Part shown: positions 20,314-32,471 of the stretch, one piece after another
How positions within the stretch are numbered: position 1 is the first letter of the stretch
Layout of the letters: every line of letters begins with the position of its first letter
DNA from: Calditrichia bacterium
GTDB lineage: Bacteria > Calditrichota > Calditrichia > JAJRVZ01
Length of the DNA: 64,000 bases
Assembly (NCBI GenBank): GCA_963796965.1
Contig: CAWCNS010000007.1
Span: 480,001-544,000 of the forward strand
Reading direction: 5' to 3'
Made by a program: the position numbers and the translations under genes
The notes under the pieces: generated by a model
Databases searched by the model: none
Told to the model about the DNA's origin: nothing
Seen by the model: the letters and a program-made list of their open reading frames with translations, nothing else

Positions 20314-22425
20314 TTGATAAGCTTAAAAAAAACAAATAAAAAAAATGAGAAACATCTGCAGGCAAGGAAATTTTTGCTTGATCTTGCCTTTGATTTTATT
20401 GATGTGACGCCGGCTGAAATCGACAATGTCATTATCGAGAGGCTTAAATCAATAACTGATTACACAGGCACTGATCGTTGTTATATTTATAAATTTGCCG
20501 ATCAGAATAGTCGGCTCGTGTTAAGCCATGAATTCGATAAATATGATATTAAAACTAAAATAAGAGAACATGATCATGTCGACCAGGAAGATTTTTCCTG
20601 GCTAATCAAACCTTTGTTAGATAACAAAGCCATCACCATCCCCTCCGTCGCAAAATTACCAGATACAGCCCGCTCAGTTAAAACAATTATGGAAGTGGAA
20701 AATATCAAATCTGCTCTGCTCTGTCCTATTTATTCCAGAGGGAAAGTAATTGGCTATATAGGCGTGGATTGTGTTGAAAACAATTGCAAATTCACTGATG
20801 AAACTGAAGAGATATTAACCAACAGTGGAATTATATTTGCCGGAGCTATAAATAGGCGTGATGCTGTACGTACGGGTATCCGCAAGGAACAAAAGTTCCG
20901 GACAATGTTCTCTGAATTTGAGGACGTTGTCTTTATCTCTACACCGGATGGTCGTTTAATGGATATTAACCCGGCGGGTGCCAAGGTATTTGGATACGAA
21001 TCCGTCCGGGATATCCTGAATATAGATATTAAAGATCTGTACTACAATCCTGAAGACCGATCAAAATACTTACAAACCGTGAGAGCAGATGGTCAGGTGA
21101 AAGAGTATGACCTTGTCCTTAAGGATAAAGCGGGTAATAAAATTCATTTTCTGGAAACGTCTATGGCTGTTCGTGATGAAAATGGTATAATCATCGGCTA
21201 CCAGGGTATTTTAAGAGATGTTACCGAAAAAAGACTATTGGAGCAACAGCTTTTCCAGGCAAAAAAAATGGAATCCATCGGATTGCTGGCCGGTGGTGTG
21301 GCCCATGATTTCAATAATATTCTTACAACTATAAGTGGTTATGCCGAGCTCATGATGTTGGATATGAACAAAGAAGATCCTCAGTACAACGACGTGACGA
21401 ATATTCTGCAAGGCGTTAAACGAGCTGAAGAACTTATCCGCCAGCTCTTGGCTTTTGGTAGACGCCAGATGATTGAGCCACGTATTGTTGATATAAATAA
21501 AGTTATATCAGAATTACATAGTATGTTAAGACGGTTGATTCCGGAAGATATTACATTTAATCTAAAATTGAAGGATAATATAAGTTTTATTAAAGCAGAT
21601 CCCGTTCAAATTCAACAAACATTGGTAAACCTTGTTGTAAATGCCGGACATGCGGTAAATAATCAAAAAGATAAATCAAAAGGAAAAAATATTAGAATTT
21701 ATACCGAACAGGTAGACATGACGGAAAAGACAACGAAAACCTACCCCGGTTTACGTGAGGGAAATTACATCCTAATATCAGTGGAGGATACCGGAATTGG
21801 TATGGATGAGAATACCAAGATGCATATTTTTGAGCCCTTCTTTTCAACCAAAAAAGATGGAGAAGGAACCGGTCTGGGATTAGCTACTGTTTATGGAATT
21901 GTAAAACAAAACAATGGCAATATTTATATTGATTCACATCCCGGAAATGGCGCATCATTTAAGATATTTTGGCCTTCTTCCGATATAAAGGTGCGCGATG
22001 AAACGCGTCTGGATACCCAAATTGTACACAAAAACCGATCCGAAACACTTCTTTTTGTTGAAGATGATAAAAATGTCCGTGAATTAGCCTGCAAAGCCTT
22101 GTCCTCATTTGGCTACAAGGTCATAACCGCCGGGAATGGGAGAGAAGCTCTGGATATGGTTAATAAAGACTTCCTGTCCAACAAACTAGACCTGGTTATA
22201 TCTGACATTGTTATGCCCGAGATGGGTGGAGAAGAGTTGGCCAAAAATTTACGTGAATTAAATCCAAAAATAAAAATATTACTTTGTTCAGGATTTACAG
22301 ATAGCCGGGTAACCATGAAAGATATACAGAAGAAGAATGGTTTTTACTTTTTACCCAAACCCTATTCAATAAAAAAATTGGAACAGACCATTCAGGAGAT
22401 AATAAACAAGCCTGTAGAGGCCTAG
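20314..22425 (+). CDS. Hybrid sensor histidine kinase/response regulator (GAF-PAS-HisKA-HATPase-REC)
   Basis: [14 protein letters not shown]-box, [26 protein letters not shown] and receiver VEDD...SDIVMP...KP; TTG start with GAGG RBS. Confidence 0.92.
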   Translation: MISLKKTNKKNEKHLQARKFLLDLAFDFIDVTPAEIDNVIIERLKSITDYTGTDRCYIYKFADQNSRLVLSHEFDKYDIKTKIREHDHVDQEDFSWLIKPLLDNKAITIPSVAKLPDTARSVKTIMEVENIKSALLCPIYSRGKVIGYIGVDCVENNCKFTDETEEILTNSGIIFAGAINRRDAVRTGIRKEQKFRTMFSEFEDVVFISTPDGRLMDINPAGAKVFGYESVRDILNIDIKDLYYNPEDRSKYLQTVRADGQVKEYDLVLKDKAGNKIHFLETSMAVRDENGIIIGYQGILRDVTEKRLLEQQLFQAKKMESIGLLAGGVAHDFNNILTTISGYAELMMLDMNKEDPQYNDVTNILQGVKRAEELIRQLLAFGRRQMIEPRIVDINKVISELHSMLRRLIPEDITFNLKLKDNISFIKADPVQIQQTLVNLVVNAGHAVNNQKDKSKGKNIRIYTEQVDMTEKTTKTYPGLREGNYILISVEDTGIGMDENTKMHIFEPFFSTKKDGEGTGLGLATVYGIVKQNNGNIYIDSHPGNGASFKIFWPSSDIKVRDETRLDTQIVHKNRSETLLFVEDDKNVRELACKALSSFGYKVITAGNGREALDMVNKDFLSNKLDLVISDIVMPEMGGEELAKNLRELNPKIKILLCSGFTDSRVTMKDIQKKNGFYFLPKPYSIKKLEQTIQEIINKPVEA

Positions 22426-22584
22426 TAGATAGAATCTCCCACCCCGCCCTTTCTTCAGAAAAATATTATACACTTACAGATCTATTATTTATATTTCTTA
22501 TATATGCTATATTTTATTTGTATTGCCTTGACCATGAGTTTATAGATTCGTGATTTCAAATTAGAGAAGAAGATGTGAGTCAAG

Positions 22585-22629
22585 GTCATCCTGAGCCCTG
22601 TCCTGTCACCAGGAAAGGGCTCAGGATCT
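22585..22629. repeat. GTCATCCTGA...TCAGGATCT hairpin (GTCAT family arm)
   Basis: GTCATCCTGAGCCCT...AGGGCTCAGGATCT. Confidence 0.55.
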
Positions 22630-22783
22630 AAGCGTCTATTTTTTAGATGCGATCATTGAATGAGAGAATAATTATTCCACAAAGAATTTAATACTAATAA
22701 CAATAAATATACTTCGTGACACGTCATGATTCCTTCGTGAATCTTCGTGAAACAAAATTTTACAACTTTTAAGGAGAAAATAT

Positions 22784-23365
22784 ATGTCTTTTACTTTACA
22801 ATTGGGCACAAAGGCCCCGGATTTTAAATTACCAGCAACCGATGGCAATACTTATAAAATGGATGATTTTCATGATTCTCCTGTCATCGTCCTTTTTTTC
22901 ACGTGCAACCATTGTCCCTATGTGGTTGGCTCCGATGAGATTACACGGAAATCCGCTGAAAAATTCGCACCAAGAGGGGTAAAATTTGTTGGCATCAATT
23001 CTAATAGTAAAATCACCCACCCGGATGATGATTTTGATCATATGGTCGGTCGTATGGAAGAAAAAAAATTCCCATGGTTATACCTATATGATGAATCGCA
23101 GGATATTGCCAGGGCCTATGGGGCACTCCGAACACCCCACTTCTATGTTTTTGATAAAGAAAGAAGACTTATTTATACAGGGCGTGCTGTTGATACACCA
23201 CGGGATACCTCTAAAATGACTGTAAATGATCTTGAGAAGGCTTTAGAAGAGCATTTAGTCGATAAGCCAATATCCACCCCTCTTACTAATCCAATTGGAT
23301 GTAATGTCAAATGGGAGGGTCAGGATGCCCATTGGATGCCGGCCGATGCTTGTGATTTGGTATAA
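22784..23365 (+). CDS. Thioredoxin-fold AhpC/TSA family protein
   Basis: [16 protein letters not shown] (CxxC), [10 protein letters not shown] and IGCNVKW. Confidence 0.88.
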   Translation: MSFTLQLGTKAPDFKLPATDGNTYKMDDFHDSPVIVLFFTCNHCPYVVGSDEITRKSAEKFAPRGVKFVGINSNSKITHPDDDFDHMVGRMEEKKFPWLYLYDESQDIARAYGALRTPHFYVFDKERRLIYTGRAVDTPRDTSKMTVNDLEKALEEHLVDKPISTPLTNPIGCNVKWEGQDAHWMPADACDLV

Positions 23366-23383
23366 TGATGATGCAGTCAATGA

Positions 23384-23453
23384 TCATTCCGAATTTATTT
23401 CGGAATCTATTACATAGACAGCCAGGTGAGATGCTGAAATAAATTCAGCATGA
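23384..23453. repeat. GTCAT-family double-hairpin REP-like element
   Basis: TCATTCCGAATTTATTTCGGAATCT...AGATGCTGAAATAAATTCAGCATGA; the right arm also occurs alone at 8609-8635 (AGATGCCGAAATGAATTCGGCATGACA). Confidence 0.7.
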
Positions 23454-23525
23454 AATTTTTGCGTACCTGAGTTATTCATATTTTCCTATCGTTCATCATG
23501 GGATAACAATAATAAGGTGTAATAT

Positions 23526-25404
23526 ATGAAATATAATCCTGTAATTTTATTAGTTCCGTTCTCCTTTTGTTATTCGCAGGCCAACAAATTATACATGACT
23601 AAAAATTTTCAGTCTGGCCTATCAAAATCAGACCCGTGCTTTGAATGGTACACCCGGAGAAGCCTATTGGCAAAACCGGGCTGATTACCAAATTCATGTC
23701 TCATTGGATCCTTCACGAGGGATTGTATCAGGGACAGAAACCATCCGGTACACAAACAATAGTCCGGATACGCTCTCCTATCTGATCATTCACCTTTTCC
23801 CTAATGTTTATAAAAAAGGAACCCCGCGGGATTTTGAAGTAGCATATGGGGATGAGTCAGATGGTTTAATTCTAAAAGAGATTACAATCGATGGACAAGA
23901 TATCGATGTATCAAAAAACAGCATCTCGATTGAATACCTTCATAACGATTTTAAATTAATACTACCCCAGCCTCTTAAATCTGATGAAGCGCTAACTGTT
24001 TATATTTCCTGGGAATATACCGTTAATGAAACTTCACATATGCGTACGGGACAAGTGGATCCCTCATCCTTCTTTATCGCCTACTTTTTCCCCCGAATCG
24101 CAGTCTATGATGATATTGACGGCTGGAATGATTTTTTCTACAGTGGGCGTGCTGAATTTTATAATGATTTTGGTGATTTTGACGTATCGATTAGTCTACC
24201 ACCAAACTATATCGTGTGGGCCACCGGAGAGCTTCAGAATCCGCATCATGTTCTTACAAATAAATATGTGGATAAAATGCAAAGGGCCATGGATAGCGAT
24301 CACATCGTATCGATTGTTAATGAATCTGACGACCAAAAAAATATTACACTGCAGAACCAGCAAAACACTTGGCAGTTTAAAGCCCATAAAGTCAGCGATT
24401 TTGCCTTTGCTACCAGCGATCATTATTTATGGGATGGAACCAGCCTCAAGGTTGATGAGACAAGTGGAAGACGGGTTTTCATCATTTCCGCCTATAACAA
24501 GAACTCAGAAGATTTCTATTCAGTGGCTCAGATTGCCAGGGAGGCCATCAATTTTATGTCCACTGATTTTCCTGGTGTGCCCTTTCCCTACCCGGAAATG
24601 ACAGTTTTTAATGGCCTTGATGAGATGGAATATCCGATGATGGTCAATGATCTTTCATTCGACGACATGAGTTATGTACGCAAACTTACTTCTCATGAAA
24701 TATTTCATACCTACTTCCCTTTTTATTTGGGAATCAATGAATCAAAATATGCCTGGATGGATGAGGGCTTCGCCAGTTATGGGGACTACCTCATAAGTAA
24801 TGCATTAGATACAAGTGGATATTCCAGTATTTATTATCTGGACCGTTACAAGAGAAATCAAGTTTATGATACAGATATGCCGATTATATCGAATTCGAAG
24901 TTCTTAAAAAAATATACCTATCACTATAACGCCTATGCGAAACCGGCGGTATTTTTGATTATCCTGCGCGACTTTCTCGGTGATAATAATTTTAAAGAAG
25001 CTATAAGGGAGTTTATGTTTCGCTGGGAAGGAAAGCATCCTACACCCTATGACTTTTTTTATACCCTAAACGATGTCACAAATCAAAATCTGAACTGGCT
25101 TTTCCAGCCCTGGTTTTTTGATTTTGGGTATGCTGATGTCGGTCTAAAAAAGGTAGAAACGGCAGAAAAATATTATAAAGTTATCATCCAGAAAAAGGGT
25201 CACTATCCTGTTCCGGTGACGATTGAAGTAACCTATACAGATGGTAGTATAGAATTGTTGAAAAAGCCCGTCTCCATTTGGAAAAATGGCAATTCTGAAT
25301 ATGAAGCAAAAGTGGAATCAGATAAGTCTATAAATAAGGTCGAATTAGTGCCGGGTATCCTTCCCGATGCTGATGCCTCGAATAATCTTATCGTCATGGA
25401 TTGA
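23526..25404 (+). CDS. Secreted M1 family metallopeptidase, one frameshift near 23613
   Basis: YWQNRADY, MEYPM, HEIFH...WMDEG (HExxH plus distal Glu); ATG 23526 with signal peptide lies in a different frame. Confidence 0.87.
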
Positions 25405-25522
25405 ATATTTGTTTCTCGCAGCGCCAATAAGTTGCATAAGACAAAAGAAAAAAGAAAAATAAGATGCTTTTGTATGACAATGAAGTAATTTGCCAGATTA
25501 TTAGGGATAGAACTCATCAATT

Positions 25523-26515
25523 ATGAAGAAAATTAATTGGGGTATATTAGGAACGGCGACGATTGCCGTAGAGAAGGTGATTCCGGCTATGCAAAAAGGA
25601 AAATATACCCACGTCACCGCCATTGCATCACGCAATTTTAAAAAAGCACAACAGGTTGCCAAACAATTTGATATTACCAAGGCCTGGGGTAGCTATGAGG
25701 ATTTAATTAAGGACAATGAGATTTCAGCTGTTTATATACCATTGCCCAATAATCTTCACGTGGAATGGGCCACCAAAGCATTACAAGCGGGCAAACATGT
25801 ATTATGTGAAAAACCAATTGGCCTGAATACATCAGAAGCAGAACGCCTCCTGCAAGTCTCTCAAGAATTCCCACAACTAAAAATCATGGAAGCATTTATG
25901 TACCGCTTTCATCCCCAATGGACCAGGGTAAAAGAAATAATTGATTCGAACAGAATTGGCGAGCTGCAACTGATCAACTCTCATTTCTCTTTTTTTGATG
26001 ATGATCCACAAAGTATTGTAAATAAAAGAGAGTTAGGCGGAGGCAGCCTATTGGATATTGGCTGCTATAGCATTTCCCTCTCCAGGTATCTATTCGACTC
26101 CGAACCAAAAAAGATTTTAGGTCATATGGATATTGACGCCCGATTCAAGATTGATCAAAAAACTTCCGGTATCATGGATTTTGGTTATGGAAAGATTTCA
26201 ACGTTTACCTGCGCGACACAGCAATTTGAACATCAAAAGGTTAATATCTTTGGCACATCAGGTATGATAGAAATGACATCTCCCTTTATTGTGGAACCTG
26301 ACCAAAGCGCAACTCTCCAAATAAATAGTGAAAACGGAAGTGAGAAAATTCTCATCAATCCTACTGATCATTATGCTGAGCAGGCAGAAATTTTTTCTCA
26401 ATCTATTTTATTTGACCACCAGTTACCTGTCTCTTTGGATGATGCCATTAAAAATATGAACACATTAGATTCCATAGTTCTAAGTTCTTCAAAAGGTGCA
26501 TGGATAACCATATAA
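25523..26515 (+). CDS. Gfo/Idh/MocA family oxidoreductase
   Basis: WGILGTATIA, HVLCEKP, EAFMYRFHP and GGGSLLDIGCY. Confidence 0.9.
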   Translation: MKKINWGILGTATIAVEKVIPAMQKGKYTHVTAIASRNFKKAQQVAKQFDITKAWGSYEDLIKDNEISAVYIPLPNNLHVEWATKALQAGKHVLCEKPIGLNTSEAERLLQVSQEFPQLKIMEAFMYRFHPQWTRVKEIIDSNRIGELQLINSHFSFFDDDPQSIVNKRELGGGSLLDIGCYSISLSRYLFDSEPKKILGHMDIDARFKIDQKTSGIMDFGYGKISTFTCATQQFEHQKVNIFGTSGMIEMTSPFIVEPDQSATLQINSENGSEKILINPTDHYAEQAEIFSQSILFDHQLPVSLDDAIKNMNTLDSIVLSSSKGAWITI

Positions 26516-26994
26516 ATTGCAGCGGGTCTTCAATGATATTAAGGCAGGCCAAAGCAGAAGACTTACACATCATCATGAACTGGATCAGAGATGAAAAGTC
26601 TTGTCGAATATGGGCTGGTCCCGGGCTCAGATTTCCCTTTGTTTGGGACAGGTTTATCACAGACCTTGGCTTTTTTACCTACGACACCTATGTACTTGCC
26701 GACAATAATGATAATCCCGTTGGATTAGGACAGATTATGGACCGTGATGGCCGCCAACATCTGGCCCGGATTCTTGTTAATCCCGATTGCCGTGGATTGG
26801 GATACGGGCGCCTGCTATGCAATAAGTTAATAGAAAGAGGTCGTTCTCAAAACAAAAATAAACCATTCAGCCTTAATGTCTACCAGCATAATAAAGTGGC
26901 TATAAATTTGTACGAATCTCTCGGATTTATTATCTCTCCAAATCAAAAAACCGTACCAACGCCTGATTCCATCTTTATGATTCGCTCTGCTTAA
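26500..26994 (+). CDS. GNAT family N-acetyltransferase
   Basis: RILVNPDCRGLGYG (acetyl-CoA motif A) and NKVAINLYESLGF; start may be 26533. Confidence 0.82.
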   Translation: MDNHINCSGSSMILRQAKAEDLHIIMNWIRDEKSCRIWAGPGLRFPFVWDRFITDLGFFTYDTYVLADNNDNPVGLGQIMDRDGRQHLARILVNPDCRGLGYGRLLCNKLIERGRSQNKNKPFSLNVYQHNKVAINLYESLGFIISPNQKTVPTPDSIFMIRSA

Positions 26995-27603
26995 AAGATA
27001 TCTGCTTCTGTCCTTACTTTTCTAAATATCATGTTCTGCTATTAAACAAAAGGTTATGATCAATACCTATATTGATTCTACGTTAAAACAAGGTCAGATC
27101 AAATCATTGGCCATTTTTTCATCAGAAAATAATTCTCTTGCACGGGGCGAGATTCAAAACCTGAACAAGATAATCTAAAAAGGGACAGAGAAAAGAAACC
27201 CCTATCTAGATCTGATCCATCCTGACAAAACAGCACGTATTCTAAAAAAACAGACAGTCGCTGTCAATTGGCGACAATTTTATGATCATTATCATAAATA
27301 TGGCCGACCTGATAAAAAGACTTTAGCCTCGCTTGGCAATGCTCTTGGGGCACAAGCAGTATCCTTTTTTTTATAGTATTGAGTGATATCGTTCGTCAGG
27401 ACGGCATATATAACATAAAAACGACTGTTTCACATGTATCAGTAAGATTCAGCGTTTTCGAAACCGAGTGAGAGTGGCTGATATGGGAAGGTACTAGCGA
27501 AAGGAGAAAAGAAAATAAGATCACCTTCGAGAAAGCCCCTCCCCTAACCGATGCGGTCGAATTGGCCCTGGATAAACTATTAGTAAACTTTCCGGTGATG
27601 TAA
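26990..27603 (+). pseudogene. Degraded lipoprotein gene
   Basis: Lipoprotein-like N-terminus (KRYLLLSLLF*ISCS) with in-frame stops TAA 27023, TAA 27176 and TGA 27469 plus frameshifts; ends LIWEG...LLVNFPVM*. Confidence 0.55.
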
Positions 27604-27647
27604 GGAACCTTTGGATCCATGACACATGATGCCATATGCGGGATGAT

Positions 27648-27787
27648 ATCCCAAATCCCATATCCCACATCTCGTATCCCACATCTCGTATCCCGCATCT
27701 CGTATCCCATATCTCCCATCTGGCATCTCAAATCACAAATCCACAATTCCTAATTCCTAATTCCTTATAACAAATTACCAATCACCA
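27648..27787. repeat. Twenty in-register 7-bp tandem units (ATCYCRY grading into ATTCCTA)
   Basis: ATCCCAA ATCCCAT ATCCCAC ATCTCGT ATCCCAC ATCTCGT ATCCCGC ATCTCGT ... ATTCCTA ATTCCTA ATTCCTT ATAACAA ATTACCA ATCACCA. Confidence 0.85.
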
Positions 27788-27855
27788 ACATCTTCCCTTT
27801 ATCAAAATTTTTTCATACCTTTAAGTTGAAGAGTCAACAGAAAAGGAAGAAAGTA

Positions 27856-28221
27856 GTGATCCCACATATCAAATCACCAACTCTTATCAAATCCGCAGGC
27901 AACAAACCTAAATTAATTAATGAATTTATTGGTAGGGTAAACTCAAATTCGGGTGATATCAGCATTGCCCGTATGAAAAGTCCCTCTGGATGGGAAGAAC
28001 CTGCACAAACCCCTGAATTTGATGAATATACATTTGTTCTCAAAGGCAAGGTTCAGGTTCAAACACAAGGAAAAATTTATCATATAAAAGAGAATGAAAT
28101 GTTTGTTGCCCAAAAAGGAGTTCAGGTTCAGTATGCCACACCGACAGAAGAAGGCGCTGAATATATCGCTATATGTCTTCCGGCATTTTCACCCGATACA
28201 GTTCACAGGGCAGATGAATGA
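27856..28221 (+). CDS. Cupin domain protein
   Basis: AGNKPKLINEFIGRVNS, GWEEPAQTPEFDEYT and YIAICLPAFSP; GTG start assumed. Confidence 0.8.
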   Translation: MIPHIKSPTLIKSAGNKPKLINEFIGRVNSNSGDISIARMKSPSGWEEPAQTPEFDEYTFVLKGKVQVQTQGKIYHIKENEMFVAQKGVQVQYATPTEEGAEYIAICLPAFSPDTVHRADE

Positions 28222-28812
28222 TTAAAAGAATTTCCGTTTTTTGTGGCTCAGGCTCCGGAAGTGATAAAAGACTATGCAGCCGCAGCTGTAAGTTTTGGAG
28301 AACTCCTCGCTAAAAAAAACATCGGACTGGTTTATGGCGGTGGAAAAGTGGGCTTGATGGGTGAAATAGCCAGGACTGTTGTGAAAAATGGCGGACAAGT
28401 GACAGGAGTTATCCCCGAATCTTTGGCACAAAAAGAGGTTGCCTTTAATGACCTAAACGATTTGCGTGTTGTCACTTCTATGCATGAGCGTAAAGCCCTG
28501 ATCGCAGAACTTTCAGATGCCTTTATTGCGCTACCCGGTGGATTTGGTACTTTTGAGGAGATATTCGAAGCGATTACTTGGACCCAATTGGGAATTCATA
28601 ACAAGGCCTGCGGCTTTCTAAATGTTAGGGGATATTTTGATCACTTGATTAAATTTATCGAACATGCTGTCGAGCAACAATTTATCCACACTCAAAATAA
28701 ATCATTGGTTCTTATCGATGATGATCCCGAAAAATTATTAAATAAAATTGAAGCATTTGAACCGATTAGAGTTGATAAAGCCCGCTGGGCCTTAGAAAAG
28801 TTAGTCAAATAG
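28218..28812 (+). CDS. LOG family nucleotide phosphoribohydrolase (TIGR00730), frameshift near 28268
   Basis: MIKRISVFCGS start overlapping the cupin stop, LVYGGGKVGLMG, MHERK and PGGFGTFEE. Confidence 0.88.
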
Positions 28813-28845
28813 ACTTACGTCTTCAGATAAAAGGCAAGAATTATT

Positions 28846-28946
28846 TTGTCCACGAATTACACTAATTAACACGAATTATTTAATGATATTATTAATTCTT
28901 ATTTTTTGATCTTTAATTAGTGAAAATTCGTGAAATTCGTGGACAA
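28846..28946. repeat. CACGAA/TTCGTG trimer inverted-repeat element
   Basis: TTGTCCACGAATTACACTAATTAACACGAA ... TTAGTGAAAATTCGTGAAATTCGTGGACAA. Confidence 0.75.
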
Positions 28947-29025
28947 TTATATTAGCATTCTTTCAAGATGAATTTACGCGTCTAAAAACAGATATTTTTT
29001 TTCTAAAATCATATAGAGGGTATTT

Positions 29026-29733
29026 ATGAACACCAACCATAATATCAACGCTTTAAAGGATTTTGACACACCGGCCATCACAAATGTTCTCGGATCTTAT
29101 CCGGGAGAATCGTTCTGCCTCGGCCTCTACGATCCATGGAAAGATAACTGGTATACGGATCAGTCTATCCGCTGTATGTTTCCTGAACTTGGTCGCACTT
29201 TAGGCTACGCTGTAACCTGTTTCTATGGACTTCCCCATCCTGATAAACCTTCACTTCCCTTCATTGATTTAGTGGAGGCATTAGATGCATCACCAAAACC
29301 AACGGTTCTCGTTTTCCAGCAGGACTTCCCACCTGAGATTAGTGATAAAGTCGGATTAGCCGGGGGTGTAATGACGACGACGATGAAAGCGGTGGGTTGT
29401 GTGGGGGCGATATCCAATGGCCCCTCACGGGATATGGATGAGATCCGTCCAATGAACTTTCAATACATGCTCAGTGGTACAACGGCCGGACATGGGGATA
29501 TGGCTATTCAGGCTATCAATATTCCCGTCTCTGTTGCCGGTATGGATGTAACACCTGGCGAAATTATCCACATGGATGAAAACGGGGCCTGTAAATTTCC
29601 AGCGGAGAAACTGGATGCCGTTTTGGAAAATGTGAAAAAGTTAAGAGATGAAGAAGCCATCCTAATGGCCAAACTAAAAAAAGCAAATTCGGCTATTGAA
29701 ATCAAAAGAATTTTCAACAAGGAATCTTATTAA
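29026..29733 (+). CDS. RraA family protein (HMG-aldolase-like)
   Basis: FDTPAITN, GYAVT, GAISNGPSRD and PGEIIHMDENG. Confidence 0.8.
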   Translation: MNTNHNINALKDFDTPAITNVLGSYPGESFCLGLYDPWKDNWYTDQSIRCMFPELGRTLGYAVTCFYGLPHPDKPSLPFIDLVEALDASPKPTVLVFQQDFPPEISDKVGLAGGVMTTTMKAVGCVGAISNGPSRDMDEIRPMNFQYMLSGTTAGHGDMAIQAINIPVSVAGMDVTPGEIIHMDENGACKFPAEKLDAVLENVKKLRDEEAILMAKLKKANSAIEIKRIFNKESY

Positions 29734-29753
29734 CCAGAAATTATTTTTTATTT

Positions 29754-29849
29754 GTCCATGAATTACACGGATTTACACGAATTGTAAAAATAAAATATTC
29801 TATTGAATCTTTTATTTAAAATTAGTGCTAACTCGTGTAATCCGTGGAC
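29754..29849. repeat. CACGAA/TTCGTG trimer inverted-repeat element
   Basis: GTCCATGAATTACACGGATTTACACGAA ... TTAGTGCTAACTCGTGTAATCCGTGGAC between convergent genes. Confidence 0.72.
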
Positions 29850-29879
29850 TTTTTTCTCTTTTGTCTTTTTTATTGTATC

Positions 29880-32208
29880 TTAATATATCTTCGGTCTTGG
29901 TTCACCCTTATAAGGCGCAGCACCAAATTTTTGTCCCTTACGCGGTTTAACCGAAAGAAGATCTTTATCATCCGTTGTTGGTGCCTGGATAAAACCATGA
30001 TAACGTCCCATCCAATAATCACGCAGAAATCCGGAGGGCTCCATTACACGCCGTCCTCCTACACCACCATCATAGCCATAACCATTACGACTTCCCCTGC
30101 TCACAGAGGTCTCTCTTGGTGATAACGCTCTCGAATTGCCACCTTCGTAGGGAATATCCCCCGGGGCCGGTTTCAAATCAGTTCGGAAGGAGTTGCGAAA
30201 ATTCCATTCCACACAATCCAATGTCCATTCCCGCAAAGCTTTTACCGCCTTTTCTACTTCGCAGTCATTACCTGAGGCCACACCATAAGTGAAATTAAAC
30301 CAGGCCACATGTTCCATTCGTTTAACTTCCCATGAGCGCGCCAGACTGCGCAGATAGAGTGCTCTCATTATCGGATCTTTTGTATAACGCATCATGGTAT
30401 AATAACTCTCAAAGGCCAGATTATCATCCCAGGGTGCCACATCAGCCTGGGGGAAAGTCCTTTTTTGCCGTTCCGTATAATTATGATAGCCCCAGGCAAG
30501 TAATTGGTCATAGGCTGATTTATACTTTTTCGTCACCACTGACACCTAAAGCGGTTAACATGAAAGCCTGCACTTCAAGTCCGTTCAGACCGCGGTCCCA
30601 GGACCCATAGGGTCGCAGTAGATACTCCGGATCCCAGCGCCCCCAGCGTGTGGGTTTATCATCCATATCGCGCATGACAAAGCCATTGTCGATGATATGA
30701 GAAGCGATGTTTTTAAGGTGCTGTGCGGCCATTTCTTTTTCTTTTCCTTCGGCCACAAGATCATGGAAGAGTGAAACGGAATAAAAATGAGCGATAACCT
30801 CATCACTGGATGTATCCCCCTTCCAGTACCATTTTTTATCTTCTGTGGAATACCATTTTGCCGGCAGGCCACCTGAACCATGCCGTGAACGATTATCTTG
30901 GTCACCTGATGCCGACCAGATTGCTCTGGCAATAAAACCATCTTTTGGTGTAACCTTATCCAGCCAGAGCATCGCCTTAAAAGCCTCCACTGCTTGTGCA
31001 CGGGCTGTCTCATCTCCAGTGACCTCGTATTTATAACTCATTGCTGCCAGGAATGGTGCTGTATGCCCCCCGTCATTATCACTAATCTCACGTATCCATT
31101 CATCACCATTTTTGTAAATAGTATGAATGAATCCTAGTCGTTTATGACCCCATTCATTTATATGGCGTTCATAAAATTCGGCCTTCTTACGAAGGGTGTA
31201 TGGCTCATAAGTGATAATTCCGATCCCTGCATCTGTTCCAACATAAACGACTTTGTCCCCAACAGCAATATCATGGACATTATTACCAGGAAGCCAATGA
31301 TCGGCGCCAAAATAATGCCAATCTTTACCTGTCCAGCGCACAGCGCCCTTTGTGGTTCCGATCCACATATCCCTCGCAAAACCCTGTCTCAACACTGTCG
31401 TATTTTCATACGGCAATCCTTCATTCCCCCCAATAGTTGTCATCGCAGCACCACGTAACTGAGCGAGGCCGCGGTCCGTGCTAATAAACAAACGGCTGCC
31501 GAAACTGAGCAGGTCACGGGTATTGTAGGACGGCAACCTTCCCCAATCGACAAAATCCCTGTTCACGATTCTCCCATCGAATAATACAATTTTTCCTGGA
31601 CGTAATACATAGATGGTTTCATTATAGGAGGCAATGCGGTGAATGGGGCCAATCTGGACCGGATCTGCCAAAACCTGGGATCCATCTGCCATAACCATGG
31701 TGATATCACTGGAAAGGTATCCACCCTCAGGCTGAACACTCACAAATTTATCCTGGTCTAGACGATAGACTTCATCGCGTGTAGCACCATGTACTTTACC
31801 ATTATGCATACAAATATCGAGAAAATGCTTGTCATCTACCTGCTTCCACTCATCTGTATAACGGTATATCCCTTTTGAGGTTAACACCCAAAGGGCCCCA
31901 TCAGCGGAAATAATTCGGTCTATTTCTTGTGGGCCTTTTTTTACTGCTAATAAATTGTCGTCTTTGAGGGTGTAGAGACGCCCCTCCATCACCGCATAAC
32001 AGGCACCATCATAGACAGCAAGTGATGTCACCGGATTGTCCGTACTTATTTTACCATTTACTTCCTGCAGATATACATCATCAACCGCGGGTTTCCATAA
32101 TTTTTCATCTTCTCCGTTTAAGTTACCGGCGGAAGCAACTTGAACAATGATAGATAAGACAAAAATTAATAGCATGAAATATTTAGATTTGAACTTCATT
32201 TCCATCAC
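29880..32208 (-). CDS. Secreted hypothetical protein (~775 aa): beta-propeller-like N-terminus plus helical C-terminal domain, frameshift near 30525
   Basis: Signal peptide, LWV.T..G / MWIGT..GA / WLPGNNVHDI repeats; C-terminal SDNDG, WKGDTSSDE and LRDYWMGRYHG; two overlapping ORFs join at DEK/YK. Confidence 0.7.
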
Positions 32209-32310
32209 TCCTGTATAATATATTTATAGAAATTAATGAATTATGAACCTAAAAAAAAGCAGATTTAGGGATGTGAATTACGATTTACATATCAAAAAAA
32301 GAAAAATGAC

Positions 32311-32421
32311 TAACCACAAAATCACATAGAGGTACACGGAGGAACCAGAGGAATTGACAGATAACCAGCTCAATTGAGTTTAGAAATTTTCTATGAATTT
32401 CTCTGTGTAACTCTGTGGTTA
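32311..32421. repeat. CACAGAG/CTCTGTG trimer inverted-repeat element
   Basis: TAACCACAAAATCAC...CACGGAGG..CCAGAG ... CTCTGTGTAACTCTGTGGTTA. Confidence 0.65.
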
Positions 32422-32471
32422 AAAATTATTCCAGGTCACTCTTGCCATATCTAACTGGACTCGAACGGCCG

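Noticed and set aside
27648..27787. Possible CRISPR array or coding repeat (minus-strand ORF 27396-27746)
   Set aside because: Units are 7 bp with no unique spacers and no cas genes; the ORF is simply the translated repeat.
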